In this document: positions 9,818 through 20,338 of the stretch, piece after piece
Position numbering within the stretch: the stretch's first letter is position 1
Layout: the number at the start of each line of letters is the position of its first letter
NCBI GenBank assembly: GCA_963664115.2
Contig: CAXWPJ010000009.1
Location: 1,184,001 to 1,248,000 of the forward strand
Direction of reading: 5' to 3'
DNA length: 64,000 bases
DNA from: Terriglobia bacterium
GTDB lineage: Bacteria > Acidobacteriota > Terriglobia > 20CM-2-55-15
Made by a program: the position numbers and the translations under genes
Notes under the pieces: model-generated
Database searches by the model: none
Told to the model about the DNA's origin: nothing
The model's input: only the letters and a program-made list of their open reading frames with translations

Positions 9818-11131
9818 ATGATCGCTGTAGCTACAGATCGCGTCGAAGAATCCACCAATCGACTGGCACGATGTCGTGTCTGCGACAGTCGCGATCTCGA
9901 ACCCGCAATTGATCTGGGCGATCAGCCCTGGTGCAATCACTTCATCCGTCCGAGTGAAGCAGGCAGCGAGCCGTTCTATCCGTTGCGCGTCGTGTTCTGT
10001 GCCCGATGTACGACGGCGCAGCTGGACTTTACCGTCAGGAAAGAAGTGTTGTTCGGCAATCACACCTACCTTTCCGGGATCACGAAGACACTGAACAACC
10101 ATTTCGCAGGGGTTGCTCGAACCGTCGACGACACCTTCATGCAAGGGCGAACGGACAAATCAGTGCTGGATATCGGGTCCAACGACGGAACTCAGTTGCA
10201 GTACTACAAAGAGCTTGGATTTTCCGTGCTGGGCGTCGAGTCCTCAGAGCCGACAGCGAAACTCGCCAACGAATCCGGAGTCGAGACCCTTCAGGCATTC
10301 TTTAACGAGGGCATTGCGCGATCTCTGAATAGAAAGTTCGACGTTATCAACGCGTCCGGTGTCTTTTTCCATCTTGAAGAGCTTCACTCGGTCACCGATG
10401 GCATTCGGCAGTGCCTCAGAAGCGACGGTGTGTTTGTGGTGCAGTTTCTGTATATGAAGCAGATCTTCAAGAATCTTGCCTTCGACCAGATCTATCACGA
10501 GCATCTCCTGTACTACAACCTGGAGACGATTCAAACGCTGCTCAGACGCCACGGTCTGGAAATGTTTGACTGCCACCTTTCTCCGATCCATGGCGGATCG
10601 ATCATCGGCTACGTCACGCACGCAGGCAGTCGATCGAGTTCCCTGCGGTTTGAAACCATGCTCTTCGAGGAAAAGGCCGCGCGGTGTAACGAGCTCGTGA
10701 CCTATAAGCAATTTCAGCGCGATATCCAACGAAAGAAGCAGAAGGACCTGGAGTTCCTGGAGGCAGAGCGAACTGCAGGTAGTCGCGTCTTCGGAATGGG
10801 CGCCCCGGTCAAGGGCAACACGCTCCTGAATTATTTTGGCATCGGCACCGATCTCATCGAATGCCTCGCTGAAAAGAACTCGCTTCGCAAAGGCCTGGTG
10901 TCACCAGGTATGCACATTCCAATCGTGCTGGAAGACGAGCTCTCGGAGCCTCCCGACACTTACTACGTTCTGGCATGGAACTTCAAAGACGAAATCCTCA
11001 GCAACAACCAAGAATTAATTGACGCAGGCGTCACTTTCTATTTTCCAGTGGAGACGGATACAAATGAAAGTCCTCGTTACCGGGGCAACCGGCTTTCTCG
11101 GACGCGCTCTAGTCCCCGAATTGCAACATAG
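9818..11131 (+). CDS. NDP-hexose C-methyltransferase-like (Zn-binding N-terminus plus class I SAM domain)
   Basis: CRVC...CARC, DIGSNDG, FDQIYHEH, IHGGS, GAPVKGNTLLN, LAWNF. Confidence 0.9.
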   Translation: MIAVATDRVEESTNRLARCRVCDSRDLEPAIDLGDQPWCNHFIRPSEAGSEPFYPLRVVFCARCTTAQLDFTVRKEVLFGNHTYLSGITKTLNNHFAGVARTVDDTFMQGRTDKSVLDIGSNDGTQLQYYKELGFSVLGVESSEPTAKLANESGVETLQAFFNEGIARSLNRKFDVINASGVFFHLEELHSVTDGIRQCLRSDGVFVVQFLYMKQIFKNLAFDQIYHEHLLYYNLETIQTLLRRHGLEMFDCHLSPIHGGSIIGYVTHAGSRSSSLRFETMLFEEKAARCNELVTYKQFQRDIQRKKQKDLEFLEAERTAGSRVFGMGAPVKGNTLLNYFGIGTDLIECLAEKNSLRKGLVSPGMHIPIVLEDELSEPPDTYYVLAWNFKDEILSNNQELIDAGVTFYFPVETDTNESPRYRGNRLSRTRSSPRIAT

Positions 11132-11996
11132 CGGGCACGAAGTGACAGCGGTGGGTTCGGCGGATTGCGACCTGTTACAGGAAGGGAGTCTCTACAAGTT
11201 TCAGGAGTCGTTCGATCAAATCTGGCATCTGGCGTCCTGGACCCAAGCTGGAGATTTCTGCCTCCACCATCCGGGCGAGCAGTGGATTATCAATCAGCGC
11301 ATCAACACAAACGTCCTCGATTGGTGGCAGTCCCAACAGAAGCGGGCGAAACTCATCGCCATCGGAACCAGTTGCTCCTATACCTCCGGTGACGATTTGA
11401 GGGAAGAGCACTATCTGGAGGGTGAGCCTGTTCCGGAACTCTATGCGTACGGTATGACCAAGAGGATGCTGTTGGTCGGACTGCGGGCGCTGAATCAACA
11501 GTACGGGCTCGACTACCTGTATCTCGTCCCTTCGACTCTTTACGGGCCGGACTATCACACCGATGGCAGGCAACGGCACTTCATATTCGATCTCATCGAC
11601 AAGATTCTTACCGGCGCATTGTTCGACAAACCCGTCGAGCTGTGGGGTGACGGCCATCAGACACGCGAACTGATTTTTGTTCCGGATTTTGTCAATGCGG
11701 CCACACAGCTGGCCGATCAGACCTGCAACGAAATCGTGAACATCGGTGGCGGGCGGCAATACTCGATCCGGTGGTATGCCGAACGGATCAGCGAATCTGC
11801 AGGCTACGATCACGCCAGGATCAGCTACGACACATCCCGCTACACCGGAGTTCGATCGAAACAACTATCCATTCAGAAGCTGAAAGCATTGTTGCCTGAA
11901 TTTGAATTGACGCCCATCGATGAGGCTCTGGAACTCACCGTTAAATGGTTCCGGGACCGGGCACAACAACCTGCATCCAGTGGACAACTTCAGTGA
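11064..11996 (+). CDS. NAD-dependent epimerase/reductase (GDP-fucose synthase-like extended SDR)
   Basis: MKVLVTGATGFLG, YGMTK catalytic motif, LWGDGHQTRELIFV. Confidence 0.9.
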   Translation: MKVLVTGATGFLGRALVPELQHSGHEVTAVGSADCDLLQEGSLYKFQESFDQIWHLASWTQAGDFCLHHPGEQWIINQRINTNVLDWWQSQQKRAKLIAIGTSCSYTSGDDLREEHYLEGEPVPELYAYGMTKRMLLVGLRALNQQYGLDYLYLVPSTLYGPDYHTDGRQRHFIFDLIDKILTGALFDKPVELWGDGHQTRELIFVPDFVNAATQLADQTCNEIVNIGGGRQYSIRWYAERISESAGYDHARISYDTSRYTGVRSKQLSIQKLKALLPEFELTPIDEALELTVKWFRDRAQQPASSGQLQ

Positions 11997-12053
11997 ATGT
12001 ACTGATCACCGGAGGCGCCGGATACCTCGGCTCGGTCCTAACGCCCCATCTGC
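11993..12053 (+). pseudogene. First 20 codons of a second SDR epimerase, cut by an IS
   Basis: GTG start overlapping the previous stop; MNVLITGGAGYLGSVLTPHL then IS terminus. Confidence 0.8.
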
Positions 12054-13543
12054 TGTACGTCGTCAGAATAATTCGGACAAAAAGACCATTTAGCTAAGAG
12101 ACGGTTTTGAAGTTATACCACTCCAATCCTAAGGTTCTCGATTTTGCGTCGAGCCAGCGTTTTTCTTTTGATCTGGTCACGACGTGCAAGGATCTGCTGA
12201 TCCCTCCCGAAGAACACGTCAGCCGGTGTCACGTTGTTCAGAGATTCGTGATACCGATGGTGGTTGTAGTGTTCGACCCATTGCGCGATCGCCTGCTCAA
12301 GTTCCCACGGATAATAGTAGTGTTCCAACTTGACCACGTTCTTCATCGAACGGTGATAGCGTTCGATCTTGCCCTGTGTCATCGGGTGATAGGGCGCACC
12401 CCGGGTGTGTTCCATACCACGACGTTGTAAATAGTCTTTGAGTTCGTGCGATACGTAGCAGGGGCCGTTGTCGCTCAACAATCGCGGTCGGTGCCGGACT
12501 TGTACTTGTCCGACATCTGTCGCCTGTAGTGCAACGTCCAGCGTGTCCTGAACGTCAGATGCGGCCATGGTTTGAAAGAGCTTCCAGGCGATGATGTAGC
12601 GAGAGTAATCGTCCAGCACGGTCGACAGGTAGTACCAACCCCAACCGACGACCCTGAAGTAAGTGAAATCAGTTTGCCAGAGTTCGTTCACACGCCGGGT
12701 TGGCTGCTGGAAGTGATCGCTGGCCGTCATCACGATGTATGCGGGACTGGTGATCAGGTCGCATCTCTTCAGAATCCGATACACGCTGGATTCGGAGATG
12801 AAGTAGTCCTGGGTGTCGGTGATCTGCCAGGCCAGTTCCCGCGGTGAGGCTTCCGGGTGGTTCAACGCGGTTTCGACCACCTGTTCCCGCACCGGTCCCG
12901 GAATCCGGTTCCAGCAGAAGCCGGGGCCGGAATGCCGATCTAACAAGCCGGCTGCGCCACGCTCTTTGTATCGTCGATACCAACCGTAGAACGTGCTGCG
13001 GGGGACGCCCAGCTCCCGGAGGGTCGCTGTCACCGACAACTCCGAGTCTTCCACCACTCGGATCGTCTCCAGCTTCTCAGATCCCGATTGCCTCATATAT
13101 CGATGCTCTCGGAGTCCGTTACGTTCAACGTTTTTTTCAGAAAACGATTCTTTAGCAGTATTTCGGCCACGACCTGCTTCAACTGATCGTTTTCCTGCCG
13201 CAACTCGGTGACTTCGCTCGATGTCGCTTCCCGCTTCGTGTCCCCAGCCAGCCGTTTCTTCCCCGCCTCCAGGAAGTCCTTGCTCCACCGGTAATACAGA
13301 TTTGACGGAATCCCTTCGCGTCGGCACAGTTCTGCGATGCTCTCTTCGCCTCGCAACCCTTCCAACACGATCCGCACTTTCTCCTCAGACGAGTACTTCT
13401 TGCGCGTCTTTCGACGAATCTCTCGTACCCGATTCTCTGCCGACACTTTCTCACTCATTCGATCCTCCTTCAGATCGTTCTGATTAGAAAAGTGTCTCTT
13501 AGTTTTTTAGGGTATTTCGTACGAAATGCTCTGACGGGCTACA
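12054..13543 (-). mobile_element. IS3-family insertion sequence (orfA 13093-13458, orfB 12113-13096)
   Basis: Imperfect terminal IRs TGTACGTCGTCAGAATAATTCG / TGTAGCCCGTCAGAGCATTTCG; HTH orfA; DDE orfB (WQTDFT, SDNG, QGKIER); A7 tract at 13131-13137; no target duplication seen. Confidence 0.92.
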
Positions 13544-13758
13544 GGCTGGCCGATCAGATCCGCAACCATGGGGCTGGAGTCGTCTACAACGCACTGGATC
13601 CTCACGGAGCCGTCAGGGCCGTACGCGATGCGATATCGTCGCTTGAGACCCTGCAGAGACGCGCCGACGATCGCCGCTGGGCATACGCCCACTTTCATCG
13701 CCCATCTCGACTTGCGGAATTCGTCTGTGGACCAAGGACAACAGACTTTCCGGATTGA
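13544..13758 (+). pseudogene. 3' remnant of a glycosyltransferase gene, truncated by the IS
   Basis: Homologous to the 3' end of the GT pseudogene at 15437-15651. Confidence 0.65.
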
Positions 13759-13831
13759 TGCGGATACTGCCCGTGGATACCGGCGATTCGATCTGAACGG
13801 CATCATCCCGGCTTGGATCTAGAGCGCGTTT

Positions 13832-14722
13832 TTGGAGATACAAATGGCAGACATACTGAAGATGGATACACTCACTCGGAGCACCTCAGCCGCCATAGCG
13901 GAAATGGACACTCAGGGACTCTTCATCGTGGGACACGCGCGGTCCGGAACGTCGATTCTCATGGATGCTCTGAACTCAAGCACTGACATTTATATGTTTG
14001 GGGAAGCTAACCTTCATGTTTCAGCCAACCGCAACGATTTTGTCGAGTGGTACAACTCCATGCACCGGCAGTTCGGCAATCCCGAATACAAGGGGACATA
14101 CTGCCCGGAGGGCGGCAATGAATCCGCGAACGGAATCGATACGATTGTTTCACTCGCTCGCCGTTTTAAGTACGTCGGCGACAAGCTCGCTTTCAACAGC
14201 GAGACATTTGGCCTCGACTTCGAAGGGTTCTTGCCTTTCGCCGCGAAGTACTTTTTGCGGTCGACCTATCTGTGCGCTCTTCGCAACCCACTGCAGACCA
14301 TCTCGTCGTGTCTCGACCTGTTTCAGAGCGGCGAGCGAACTCAAGACACAGTTGACCTGTATGCTGATTCCTATTTGCGGTCTATTTATCTCCAACTCAG
14401 AGTCTCGATGCTCTTCAATCGGACCTATTTCCTGGTGCATGACCGCATAACCGAAAGTACGTTCGAAACGCTCTCGAAGTATCTCGATGTGGATCTTGCC
14501 GAAGCCTGGCTGTTCTACGATGAAAAACACCTGCACAAAGCCGTGCGATTGGTCGAAGATCTGCAAAGCTTCCCAAGCGTTCAACGAGTTTCGGCCGTTT
14601 ACGCCCGCCTTGTAGAACATCTGTCGGCCGAATCGCTTCGCCCGACTTCGCTCTGGAACCTCAGAACTCTGATGTACGAGTTGCGCAATGAACTCGTGAT
14701 CGAAACGAAGGCCGTGTCTTGA
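13832..14722 (+). CDS. Sulfotransferase-family protein
   Basis: FIVGHARSGTS (5'-PAPS-binding loop), VGDK, LRNPLQTISS. Confidence 0.82.
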   Translation: MEIQMADILKMDTLTRSTSAAIAEMDTQGLFIVGHARSGTSILMDALNSSTDIYMFGEANLHVSANRNDFVEWYNSMHRQFGNPEYKGTYCPEGGNESANGIDTIVSLARRFKYVGDKLAFNSETFGLDFEGFLPFAAKYFLRSTYLCALRNPLQTISSCLDLFQSGERTQDTVDLYADSYLRSIYLQLRVSMLFNRTYFLVHDRITESTFETLSKYLDVDLAEAWLFYDEKHLHKAVRLVEDLQSFPSVQRVSAVYARLVEHLSAESLRPTSLWNLRTLMYELRNELVIETKAVS

Positions 14723-14929
14723 CAACTGGCAGGAATTGAGGAGGGTAGAGGGGGAACGGAACTCAATCTCCTGCCGCCAGAGCCTGTGGCTAAAGTCGAA
14801 TTCTTTCGAAATATCTCTGTTGCATAACTCAACGCAGGAACTTAAGTGAGAAAAATTGGTTAGTGGCTAAATGAAAGAGGGGGAGTGACTCGACCGACTC
14901 GGTGCGGCCTTCGAACCCTTTGAATTGTG

Positions 14930-15651
14930 CGTGAATGAAGGATTCGCGACCACCCCTTTAGATTCAGGCTTCATGAAAAGAACGGCCCATCGCCAATCCG
15001 ATGACAGCAAGTATAGGCAACGGACAAGAGCCCCCATCCCGGTAGACCCGGTACTATTCGGGTCGAGACCCGACCTTTCAGATGAGGGCGTCACGCTGCT
15101 CCACCTGGGAGATGCGCGAACGGAAAATGGATATCCGACGATGGCTGCTATTGGACATGCTCTCTAAGGATGAACTGGCTTCGGAGCGGGTGCGGATGGT
15201 GGTCCAGAGTAACTCCAACGTTCCTGGCGGTGAAGCCGGAATTGGGACGGCACGGGATCTCCTTTCAACTCTTCCCAACGTGACTCTCCTGAGGAAGCCC
15301 ATTGTACAACCACTACCTCTTTACCGCTGACCTGATGGTGCTTCCCTACCAGGTGGACCGGTATATATCGAGGACCTCAGGGATACTTGCCGAAGCAATC
15401 TGCGCGGTCTTCCGGCCATTGCCCCTCAGGGGACCTGGCTGGCCGATCAGATCCGCAGGCATGGTTCGGGTGTCGTCTACAAAGCACTGGATCCTGATGG
15501 AGCCATTGGGGCGGTACGCGATGCTATATCCTCGATCGAGACTTTGCAAGTACGCGCCGACGACCGCCGTTGTGCATACGTCCACTTTTATCACCCATCG
15601 CGACTTGCAGAATTCGTTTGTGGAGTCAGGACTCCAGACTTTCCGGATTGA
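14930..15651 (+). pseudogene. Frameshifted GT-B (GT4-like) glycosyltransferase remnant
   Basis: HLGDARTENGY, ADLMVLPY...RTSGILAEA and WLADQI blocks lie in different frames. Confidence 0.7.
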
Positions 15652-15765
15652 CGCCGATACGAGGGATGAAATCCGGCAATTCGATCTGGATGGCAACATT
15701 CCGGCTTGGATCCGGCACCCAGTTTGCGGAGATGCAAATGGCGGACCTACTGAAGACGGAGACGC

Positions 15766-16818
15766 TCAGGCTCGACTAGAAAACACCGTAGCGATCTGGT
15801 CAGCACAACGAGACTCTTCTTCTGCGGTAAGAGCCGGATAGATCGGCACGGAGACCGTAGAATTGAAAAGTTCGACCGATGTTGGAAAGTCGCTGTCTCC
15901 CTGATCGATCAGGCGGTGGAGCAGCACATCGACGCCTCTGCGTACGTGAATGCCACGGTCCAGAAAGCTACCTTGGCAAGCTCCCAGACCGCCGCGGATC
16001 CGAATCGGAAATCGAAAGAACATACTGTTTTCGAACGCATTGCGGTTGAGGCAGTCCGGTCTCGCTGTTTCCAGCGTTTCCACATATCTGTGAGCAATTT
16101 CCCCGCGGCGGACCAGCGCTTCGGGATAACGCCGCAACTGGGAAAGTGCGAGGCTAGCGGCGATGTCCGACAGAGGGGAAAACATACGCCCGCATTCCAG
16201 AACGCCATCAGATCCATCGCGGAGCTTGCGCATCTTCGCTACGACAAGAGGGTCCGATGACACGGCCATGCCTCCTTCACCCGATGTCAGACACTTTGTT
16301 GGATGGAAAGAGAACACGGCGACGTCCGCCGCAATCGAACGGCGCTCACAGTTGTCTACGGCTTGAGCAGAGTCCTCTATCACTGGCACATCGAAGGTGC
16401 GAAAGGAATCGACATCCGCGAACACACCGTACATGTGCGGAACTATGATCGCCTTCGTCTTAGGAGTGATTCGCCGGGCGACACATTCTGCCGTAACCAC
16501 CCAGTCCTCGCCGACGTCGCAAAGGACCGGAATGCCATCGACCGCCACCACAGCTTCTAAAACCGACCGACATACATAGGTCGGCAAAACGACCTCGTCT
16601 TCCCTGCGCAAACCCACACCGCGAAGCGCCAGAACCAGGGCCGCCGAGCCGCTGCCCACGGCCACACCGTCGGAAGCATGCACCCAGGCGCTGAGCATGC
16701 GCTCAAGATCTCGTACGAGTTCGCCCTGAGCGAGCATGTTGTTTCCGAGGAGAGTATCTATCGCCTTTTTGTCGGCGTCCGTAATCCATGGTTTTGAATG
16801 CGTGATCGGCGTCATCAT
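15766..16818 (-). CDS. DegT/DnrJ/EryC1/StrS PLP-dependent sugar aminotransferase
   Basis: SGSAAL, IEDSAQA, SFHPTKCLTSGEGG; ATG overlaps the radical SAM stop (ATGA). Confidence 0.9.
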   Translation of the reverse strand: MMTPITHSKPWITDADKKAIDTLLGNNMLAQGELVRDLERMLSAWVHASDGVAVGSGSAALVLALRGVGLRREDEVVLPTYVCRSVLEAVVAVDGIPVLCDVGEDWVVTAECVARRITPKTKAIIVPHMYGVFADVDSFRTFDVPVIEDSAQAVDNCERRSIAADVAVFSFHPTKCLTSGEGGMAVSSDPLVVAKMRKLRDGSDGVLECGRMFSPLSDIAASLALSQLRRYPEALVRRGEIAHRYVETLETARPDCLNRNAFENSMFFRFPIRIRGGLGACQGSFLDRGIHVRRGVDVLLHRLIDQGDSDFPTSVELFNSTVSVPIYPALTAEEESRCADQIATVFSSRA

Positions 16819-17798
16819 TCCTGCTGGAGGTCTGCCACCATGTCCGCATAGCCGCGGCCTTCCGACGGCCAGCGAGTCTGCTTCCAGTCGGGACATTGGC
16901 CACAGAATCCGTGGGCTGCGTAATCGTTCGTCAGATGTGCCTGTCTGAGTTTCCGGTAGAAATCACTTTGCCAAATCTGGGAAATACTCGTTTCCCGGTA
17001 ATCGGTGACGGTCGAGCCGTGAGACCAGTCGTCGGGACAGAACGCCAAATGCCCACGCGGATTCAGGACAATGCGCTCCCACGGATAGACGCAGGGTCTA
17101 CGTGGTTCGTGGGCCTGCTCAGCATGCATGCGCTTGGCCACATCGAGCACCGCGCCTGCGGCGGAATGCAGCCTGCGGATGACGACGTAATCAGCCCCCT
17201 GGTCCTTCCAGTAGGTTTCGAACTCGGCGGCTTCGTGCTTATTCAGTGGTTGCTCGATGAAGCTCAGCACCACTTTTGTTGCCGACTTGGATTGTTTGAT
17301 CCAGCTAATCAATCTCAGTACGTTCCTCTGAGTAATCTTCAGGTCCCCGTTGACACGTACTTTCGCATAGGTTTCCGGAGTGAATGCATCGATGCTGATA
17401 TCGATCATATGGATGCCCGAGTCCAGCAGCTTTTGCGTCCGCTTCTCGTTCATGATCGTTCCGTTGGTCGTCAGCGTCACAAAAACACCCGATTTGCGGA
17501 CGGCGTAATCGATCATGTCGTACCCCTTCGGATGGACGAGGGGCTCGCCCTCGCTCGTATAGCGGATGTACTGAGTGTGCCCCACACCGTGCGACGCGAC
17601 CTCGTCTACAAGCTTGGCACTCAGCTCTGACTCGAGGTAGCGCGCGTCGTAGTGTTCGGATTTCTTGAATTCCGGGTGCGGGCAGTGGATGCACGCTAGA
17701 TTGCAGACTTCGGTAACGTCGACGATGACCTGCGATGGGAATTCCGCTTTCAGTCGGCCATGAAAATCATATTCCGCCGTTGTGATGTCGTTAGCCAT
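16815..17798 (-). CDS. Radical SAM protein with SPASM/twitch domain
   Basis: CNLACIHC (CxxxCxxC), GEPLVHP, LTTNG; C-terminal CVYPW...FC...CGQC. Confidence 0.9.
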   Translation of the reverse strand: MANDITTAEYDFHGRLKAEFPSQVIVDVTEVCNLACIHCPHPEFKKSEHYDARYLESELSAKLVDEVASHGVGHTQYIRYTSEGEPLVHPKGYDMIDYAVRKSGVFVTLTTNGTIMNEKRTQKLLDSGIHMIDISIDAFTPETYAKVRVNGDLKITQRNVLRLISWIKQSKSATKVVLSFIEQPLNKHEAAEFETYWKDQGADYVVIRRLHSAAGAVLDVAKRMHAEQAHEPRRPCVYPWERIVLNPRGHLAFCPDDWSHGSTVTDYRETSISQIWQSDFYRKLRQAHLTNDYAAHGFCGQCPDWKQTRWPSEGRGYADMVADLQQE

Positions 17799-17984
17799 GT
17801 GTTTCTGTCAGGACAATAATAGCAGAAGCTCCAAAATCTGCCTGATCGCCAATCCGCTGACATTGAGAGGGAAAGGAGGCCAAGCCCTTGACCCTGTGGA
17901 AGGCCTCGCCGGATTTAAGACCAATAAATACAATTGGTTACGTGGATGTCATCCTGGTAGACGACTTGCGTTAATCGAATTCAA

Positions 17985-19250
17985 ATGCAAAAGCCCGCCG
18001 ACATTCCAGCGCCCGTGCCCTACCCCGGCGACCAGGGAATCCTTGGGCGCTCAGGTCGCGAGCCGTTTGAACTTTTGGCGCCGTCCGCCCGACCACTTGA
18101 GAACTATCTGCCCTTTGGCAGGCCCAACTTTTCCTCCGAAGAAATCGAGGCTGTGACTCGCGTGATGCAGTCCGGTTGGATCGGGATGGGTGCTGAGACT
18201 CTTGCGTTTGAAGAGGAACTGGCTGCCTCGATCGGTGTGCCGCACGTCGTAACTGTCAATTCCTGCACGTCAGCGCTGTTTCTCTCACTCCTGCTTCAAG
18301 GGATCGGTGAAGGCGATGAGGTGATCTGCCCCAGTCTCACTTGGTGCGCCACGGCCAACGTAGCGCTCTACCTGGGTGCGACACCGGTGTTCTGCGACGT
18401 GGATCCGCAAACTCTCTCGGTCACCCCAGAGACGATCCTCGAGAAAGTATCGAAACGTACTCGTGCGGTGATGGTCGTCCACTACGGCGGGTTTCCAGTG
18501 GACGTTGATGAAATTCGTGCGGTTCTGCCTCACGGCGTTGAAATAATCGAAGATGCCGCACATGCATTCGGCGCGCGCTTTCCCGATGGACGATCGGTAG
18601 GGGCCTCGGGCAATCTGACGTGCTTCAGCTTTTACGCCAACAAGAACCTTTCGACCGGTGAAGGCGGGGGCATTGCCCTCACCGATGACGATCAGGCCGC
18701 CCGTTTGCGGTCTCTCCGGCAGAACGGTATGCCCGTCAACGCCTGGAACCGATTCGTCAAGTCGACATCAATGGTCTATTCGAACCTCAGCGAGCTGGGC
18801 TATAAGATGAACTTTACTGATTTGCAGGCGGCGATTGGTCGAGTGCAACTCAGACGACAGCCGGAGTTCCACTCTTTACGCTCCGAAGTCGCACAGATCT
18901 ATCGTGAAACGTTGTGCGGTCTTGAGCCATCGCTTCTGTTTCAAAGTGAAGTCCTTCATTCCCGGCACGCGCGTCATTTGTTCGCTGTCACGCTTCCCAT
19001 CGACGACATGCGGATGAGCAGAGATGAATTTCTCCTCGAACTCAGAGAAATGAACGTGGGTGCCAGCGTTCACTATGCGCCCCTGCACACCATGCCGCTC
19101 TACGGCTGTTCGGGTCGATCTGTCCTTGTCCAGACGGAACGATTGAGTCGCGCGCTCGTCACGCTACCCATCAGTTCCAGCATGAGCCTGGGTGAGGCGC
19201 GTCAGGTGACCGAAATATTTGAGGGCGTGTTCCATAGCTCGCTCGACTGA
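17985..19250 (+). CDS. DegT/DnrJ/EryC1/StrS aminotransferase
   Basis: NSCTSAL, IEDAAHAFG, SFYANKNLSTGEGG, GYKMN. Confidence 0.92.
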   Translation: MQKPADIPAPVPYPGDQGILGRSGREPFELLAPSARPLENYLPFGRPNFSSEEIEAVTRVMQSGWIGMGAETLAFEEELAASIGVPHVVTVNSCTSALFLSLLLQGIGEGDEVICPSLTWCATANVALYLGATPVFCDVDPQTLSVTPETILEKVSKRTRAVMVVHYGGFPVDVDEIRAVLPHGVEIIEDAAHAFGARFPDGRSVGASGNLTCFSFYANKNLSTGEGGGIALTDDDQAARLRSLRQNGMPVNAWNRFVKSTSMVYSNLSELGYKMNFTDLQAAIGRVQLRRQPEFHSLRSEVAQIYRETLCGLEPSLLFQSEVLHSRHARHLFAVTLPIDDMRMSRDEFLLELREMNVGASVHYAPLHTMPLYGCSGRSVLVQTERLSRALVTLPISSSMSLGEARQVTEIFEGVFHSSLD

Positions 19251-19588
19251 TGAGTGTGGTACGGGAGCTCGCCGATTCGAGCGACCCGGAGGGAAACGAA
19301 GAACACAGCTTATGGTTTTTATGATCGACGGACAGCGGGTTTCCATTCGCAGTTGTTGGTCGACGACACGGAGATCTGCAATCTTAGCTGCTTGCATTGC
19401 ACCCACCTCTAGTTTGACGTGCCGGAACGCATCCAGGGGAGTTCTACCAGAAATTGCGACAGGGTTGCCCGAACGACGAATTTGCGCGTTATGAATTCTG
19501 TGAGCAAGGTCCTGATTGGGAATCCACTCGATGGCAAAACGAGGGGCGCAGTTGCGCCAACATGATTGAGGAATTCTAAGGAGACGGA

Positions 19589-20338
19589 ATGACAGTGTTG
19601 ACGGCGAATTCGATCGCAACTTCGACCACAACGCCCGTGATGAGCCAGATCGAGACCTTGGTCGAGGATGTTCCCGGTTGGTCACCTCTGGATCAACTGT
19701 ATACCTTGTTTCAGCTGGCGTACGAAACCGCCGATCTGCCCGGCGACATCGTAGAGCTTGGATCCTGGTGCGGGCGATCGGCGCTGGTGCTTGGACTGGC
19801 CGCTCGCCTGTCCGGTCGCGGTCAGGTCCACTGTGTCGATCTGTTTCCCGAGAAAGCCGACTGGACAGAAGACAGCGACGGATCCTATTCGTTCAGCGTG
19901 ACGATCGACGGGCAGCCCTATGGTGGCAACCAGAGCCAGCCAGTCTGGCGGGAACCCTTTGAGAACGACATTATGCCGCTGTACGAGCGGCGGGAGAGTC
20001 TGCTCGATCTCTTCAGTGAGAATGTCGCCCGGAACCAGCTTCAGGACATAGTCAGTGCGTTCAGGGGCAGTTCCGGTGTCTTTGCGCGCTCGGCTTCCAG
20101 CGATTTCCGCTGTCGGCTGGTGTTCATTGACGGCGATCATAGCTACGAGGCCGTGTGTCAGGACATCGAAAACCTGAGTAGGTTCCTCGTGCCCGGTGGA
20201 TGGATCTGCTTCGATGATGCATTCTCTTCATGGGAAGGTGTGAACCGCGCCATTACCGACTGCATCCTCGACAATCCGCTTTTTGAGCTGGGCCAGCAGA
20301 TGACGCGCAAGTTCTTTGTAGCCCGAAAGAAGTCGTGA
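19589..20338 (+). CDS. Class I SAM methyltransferase (Methyltransf_24-like)
   Basis: VELGSWCGRS, FIDGDHSYE, GGWICFDD. Confidence 0.88.
   Translation: MTVLTANSIATSTTTPVMSQIETLVEDVPGWSPLDQLYTLFQLAYETADLPGDIVELGSWCGRSALVLGLAARLSGRGQVHCVDLFPEKADWTEDSDGSYSFSVTIDGQPYGGNQSQPVWREPFENDIMPLYERRESLLDLFSENVARNQLQDIVSAFRGSSGVFARSASSDFRCRLVFIDGDHSYEAVCQDIENLSRFLVPGGWICFDDAFSSWEGVNRAITDCILDNPLFELGQQMTRKFFVARKKS

Noticed and set aside
11064-11131. 68-bp overlap between the C-methyltransferase and epimerase as programmed recoding
   Set aside because: More simply a C-terminal run-on; no slippery site evident.
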